From Phoronis australis (Eukaryota > Animalia > Phoronida): a DNA stretch of 53,220 nucleotides. Where the stretch lies: NCBI GenBank assembly GCA_002633005.1, contig NMRA01000022.1, positions 760,987-814,206 of the forward strand, written 5' to 3'. This document shows, piece by piece, positions 51,155-53,220 of this stretch; position 1 is the stretch's first letter; the number at the start of each line of letters is the position of its first letter. Both the position numbers and the translations under genes were made by a program. The notes beneath the pieces were generated by a model, which had not been told where the DNA came from, made no database searches, and was given only the letters and a program-made list of their open reading frames with translations.

Positions 51155-52147
51155 CTAGTCAATGCCCTTTACCCCCTCAGGGTCAATTATGAAACGGCAC
51201 CCCGACTTCGCCAGGTAAGGTGAGAATGCCACCTCCATCCTCCTCACTACTACAGTCAGCCTGTCCATCACTCTCCCCGCCAAGTCCTCTTGATGAATGG
51301 GCACCTCCTGCCGTGTTCTCACCATTATTAGGCGAGTGGTCACCGAGTTTGCCCAGGACAGCCCTAGCGAAGGCACAAGATCGTTACCCGGCTGACCTGA
51401 TATGTTGCCCGTCACCTGATTGACACAGATGACTATTGCGCCATACTTCCAACTGAGACTATGAAGGACTTTACTGAGCTTGGCTAGTTTCTGTGTGCGG
51501 TCCACAGTCTCTGACATTCCTCCAACACGAAACAAGGCAGCAACTGAGTCTATAATGATTAGTTTAATGCGACCGGTGCGCAGCAATACAGGTAATCGAT
51601 TTTCAACGCAATCCACGAGGCTGTCTTTATCAGCTATGTGTTGTATGTAAACCTTGTCGCTAAACTTCTGTGAAAACAATTGAGGTCTGTTTCTGATCAT
51701 CTGGTACAGTCTTTTGTCCGAAAAACTGCCCTCGGTGCAAAGGTAAGCTGCCCCAGAGTCCAAACCCCCTCGTTCAATTGGTAGCTGGACACACAGCGAT
51801 AACTGAAGGCAAAGCTGGGTTTTACCACTGCCACTCTCTCCGGACACTTCAGTGATGCCATGAGCAAACAGTCCACCTCTGAGGAACTTGTTCAGCACAT
51901 TACACCCCGTAGTCACTCGAGAGGTTGGGCGATTAAGGCACTCCAAGGCTGTTGGATACTGTGTTCCATAAACAGAGGCAGACAGTGCTCTCTGGAGGAC
52001 TTCGATGTCAGTTGGCTTGAGTTTGGTCTCTCTTTCCAGGTCAGAAACTGAGGAACCCAAGATTTTATCATAGTCATTGAGTTTTATCTTAGCGATACGT
52101 ATTGCATTTAGGATTCTTGGGTTGATGTTCAAATGATCCACCTCCAT
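51155..52147 (-). CDS. XRCC3: DNA repair protein XRCC3 (RAD51 paralog), 330 aa, single coding exon
   Basis: RecA/RAD51 fold: TTGC..L...LRGG...GITEVSGESGSGKTQLCLQL (Walker A), YLCTEG.F..KRL.Q, LIIIDSVAALFR (Walker B), VICVNQV and PSLGLSWAN.VTTR. The N-terminal LNINPRI and the PxLGxxWAN motif are typical of XRCC3. The start is ACCATGG with an in-frame TAA just upstream. Confidence 0.92.
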   Translation of the reverse strand: MEVDHLNINPRILNAIRIAKIKLNDYDKILGSSVSDLERETKLKPTDIEVLQRALSASVYGTQYPTALECLNRPTSRVTTGCNVLNKFLRGGLFAHGITEVSGESGSGKTQLCLQLSLCVQLPIERGGLDSGAAYLCTEGSFSDKRLYQMIRNRPQLFSQKFSDKVYIQHIADKDSLVDCVENRLPVLLRTGRIKLIIIDSVAALFRVGGMSETVDRTQKLAKLSKVLHSLSWKYGAIVICVNQVTGNISGQPGNDLVPSLGLSWANSVTTRLIMVRTRQEVPIHQEDLAGRVMDRLTVVVRRMEVAFSPYLAKSGCRFIIDPEGVKGID

Positions 52148-52248
52148 GGTTTATAACTTCCAAGCAATACGTTCACTTGTTGCCCACCTTGGGAATCTTT
52201 AAAAGGTAATGTTGGATCCTGCCATCTGGGTCTTTGCCAGTCACCCAC
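52148..52248 (-). other. XRCC3 5'UTR portion after a probable splice acceptor; contains uORF MAGSNITF* (52199-52225)
   Basis: tatatttttcag| ends at 52249, with AT-rich intron-like sequence beyond it. ATG GCA GGA TCC AAC ATT ACC TTT TAA is read directly. Confidence 0.55.
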
Positions 52249-52893
52249 CTGAAAAATATATATGTTACAGTGCATGAGTAATTTCAAAGTGCACACTTAA
52301 TGTTAGAATTTTAACACTTAAGTAAAAAAAGCCATCATCATAATGATAATAAAAAGATAATTATGTATTTTTAATAATTTAAATATTTTGCAATAAACAT
52401 CAGAAAACATTACCCCAACACTTACTCAAGGAGTAGCCAAGACAGGATGTCATGCATTGAGTAGCTTCAACATTATGGCTAAGTAAGATCATAGAAAAAT
52501 GTCCAAATTTGGGTAACTTTGGAACATCAATCTCAGAAATACCGTAACTGATAGGGTATAAATGAAAATTTGCGATACTATGCGTTACGCACTGTTCTCC
52601 AACTCATTGTTTTTAAAATCTCATTTTAGCATGAGGAGCTATCAAAAAAAAATTATATGATTTTATGAAAAAATATTAAGTTGCATAAAAGGAAAAGTGT
52701 TTTTGAGATCTCATCTTCAACATTTATACCAAATTATGTCATTGATACCGTTATCAATGTACTTTTATTTTTTTGTTAAATTTTACAAACAGGCAAGGTC
52801 ACGTGCCTCAGTTATAACTGACTGGCAAGAAGTCAAGTGAAATCAAATTCAACAGCCTTCCTACATTTAGAAAAGATCAAGTTTAAACAAGTT

Positions 52894-53220
52894 ACAAGAG
52901 CAACGCAGAGCGTTGAAATGCGCCCACAATTGCACCGTATGCGGTATCCTTCTAGGGTTGTTTATTGGTACCATAAAGTGGCCAGTAGAGGGCATATATG
53001 TAGTATGTTGTACTTTGCAAAATGGAAAGGCATGGTCATTGTCTCCTCAATAGGCTAGGTTTCAAAATGTGAGTGATCTTCATAATACAAGCACATCCTA
53101 TGCATCAGTTGCTTAAAGCACCACAGAAACATAGAATTAAAAACAAATTTACCAACATACGAGATTAGCACAGCATTAGAATGCCAGAAACAAATTTCTA
53201 CTTGGAACTTTTCCTTCATA
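52894..53220 (+). mobile_element. Probable 5' end of another copy of the HINE-like family (right boundary uncertain)
   Basis: ACAAGAG start, hairpin CAACGC-aga-GCGTTG (52901-52915), then ATGCGCCCACA (52918-52928). That 11-mer is the exact reverse complement of TGTGGGCGCAT at 459-469. Confidence 0.55.

Overview
Eukaryotic (animal) genomic DNA, about 60% AT, probably from an invertebrate. The repeat types suggest a lophotrochozoan such as a mollusc, but that is inference. Two protein-coding genes can be supported, both on the minus strand. (1) The 5' half of a fibroblast growth factor receptor (FGFR) gene. I reconstructed seven GT-AG coding exons by hand (22805-22895, 9405-9552, 8870-8994, 3476-3633, 2594-2717, 1790-1980, 1144-1282). 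Their phases join into a ~325-aa ectodomain of signal peptide plus three Ig domains. The transmembrane and kinase exons must lie left of the window, and a non-coding first exon probably lies near the CpG-rich zone at ~41 kb. (2) A RAD51 paralog, XRCC3 (51155-52147), whose CDS has no introns. The rest is large introns and intergenic DNA with mini/microsatellites, short local duplications, opposite ends of two copies of a Helentron/HINE-like element, and small GC-rich MITE-like elements. There is no CRISPR array, operon or RNA gene that I can support, and I found no clearly new multi-gene system. The best leads are regulatory or structural: a uORF whose stop overlaps the FGFR start codon, a cryptic acid-box or poison cassette between Ig1 and Ig2, loss of the conserved FGF-binding linker arginine, the intronless XRCC3 with upstream ORFs, and CTCF-like motifs carried by a transposon.
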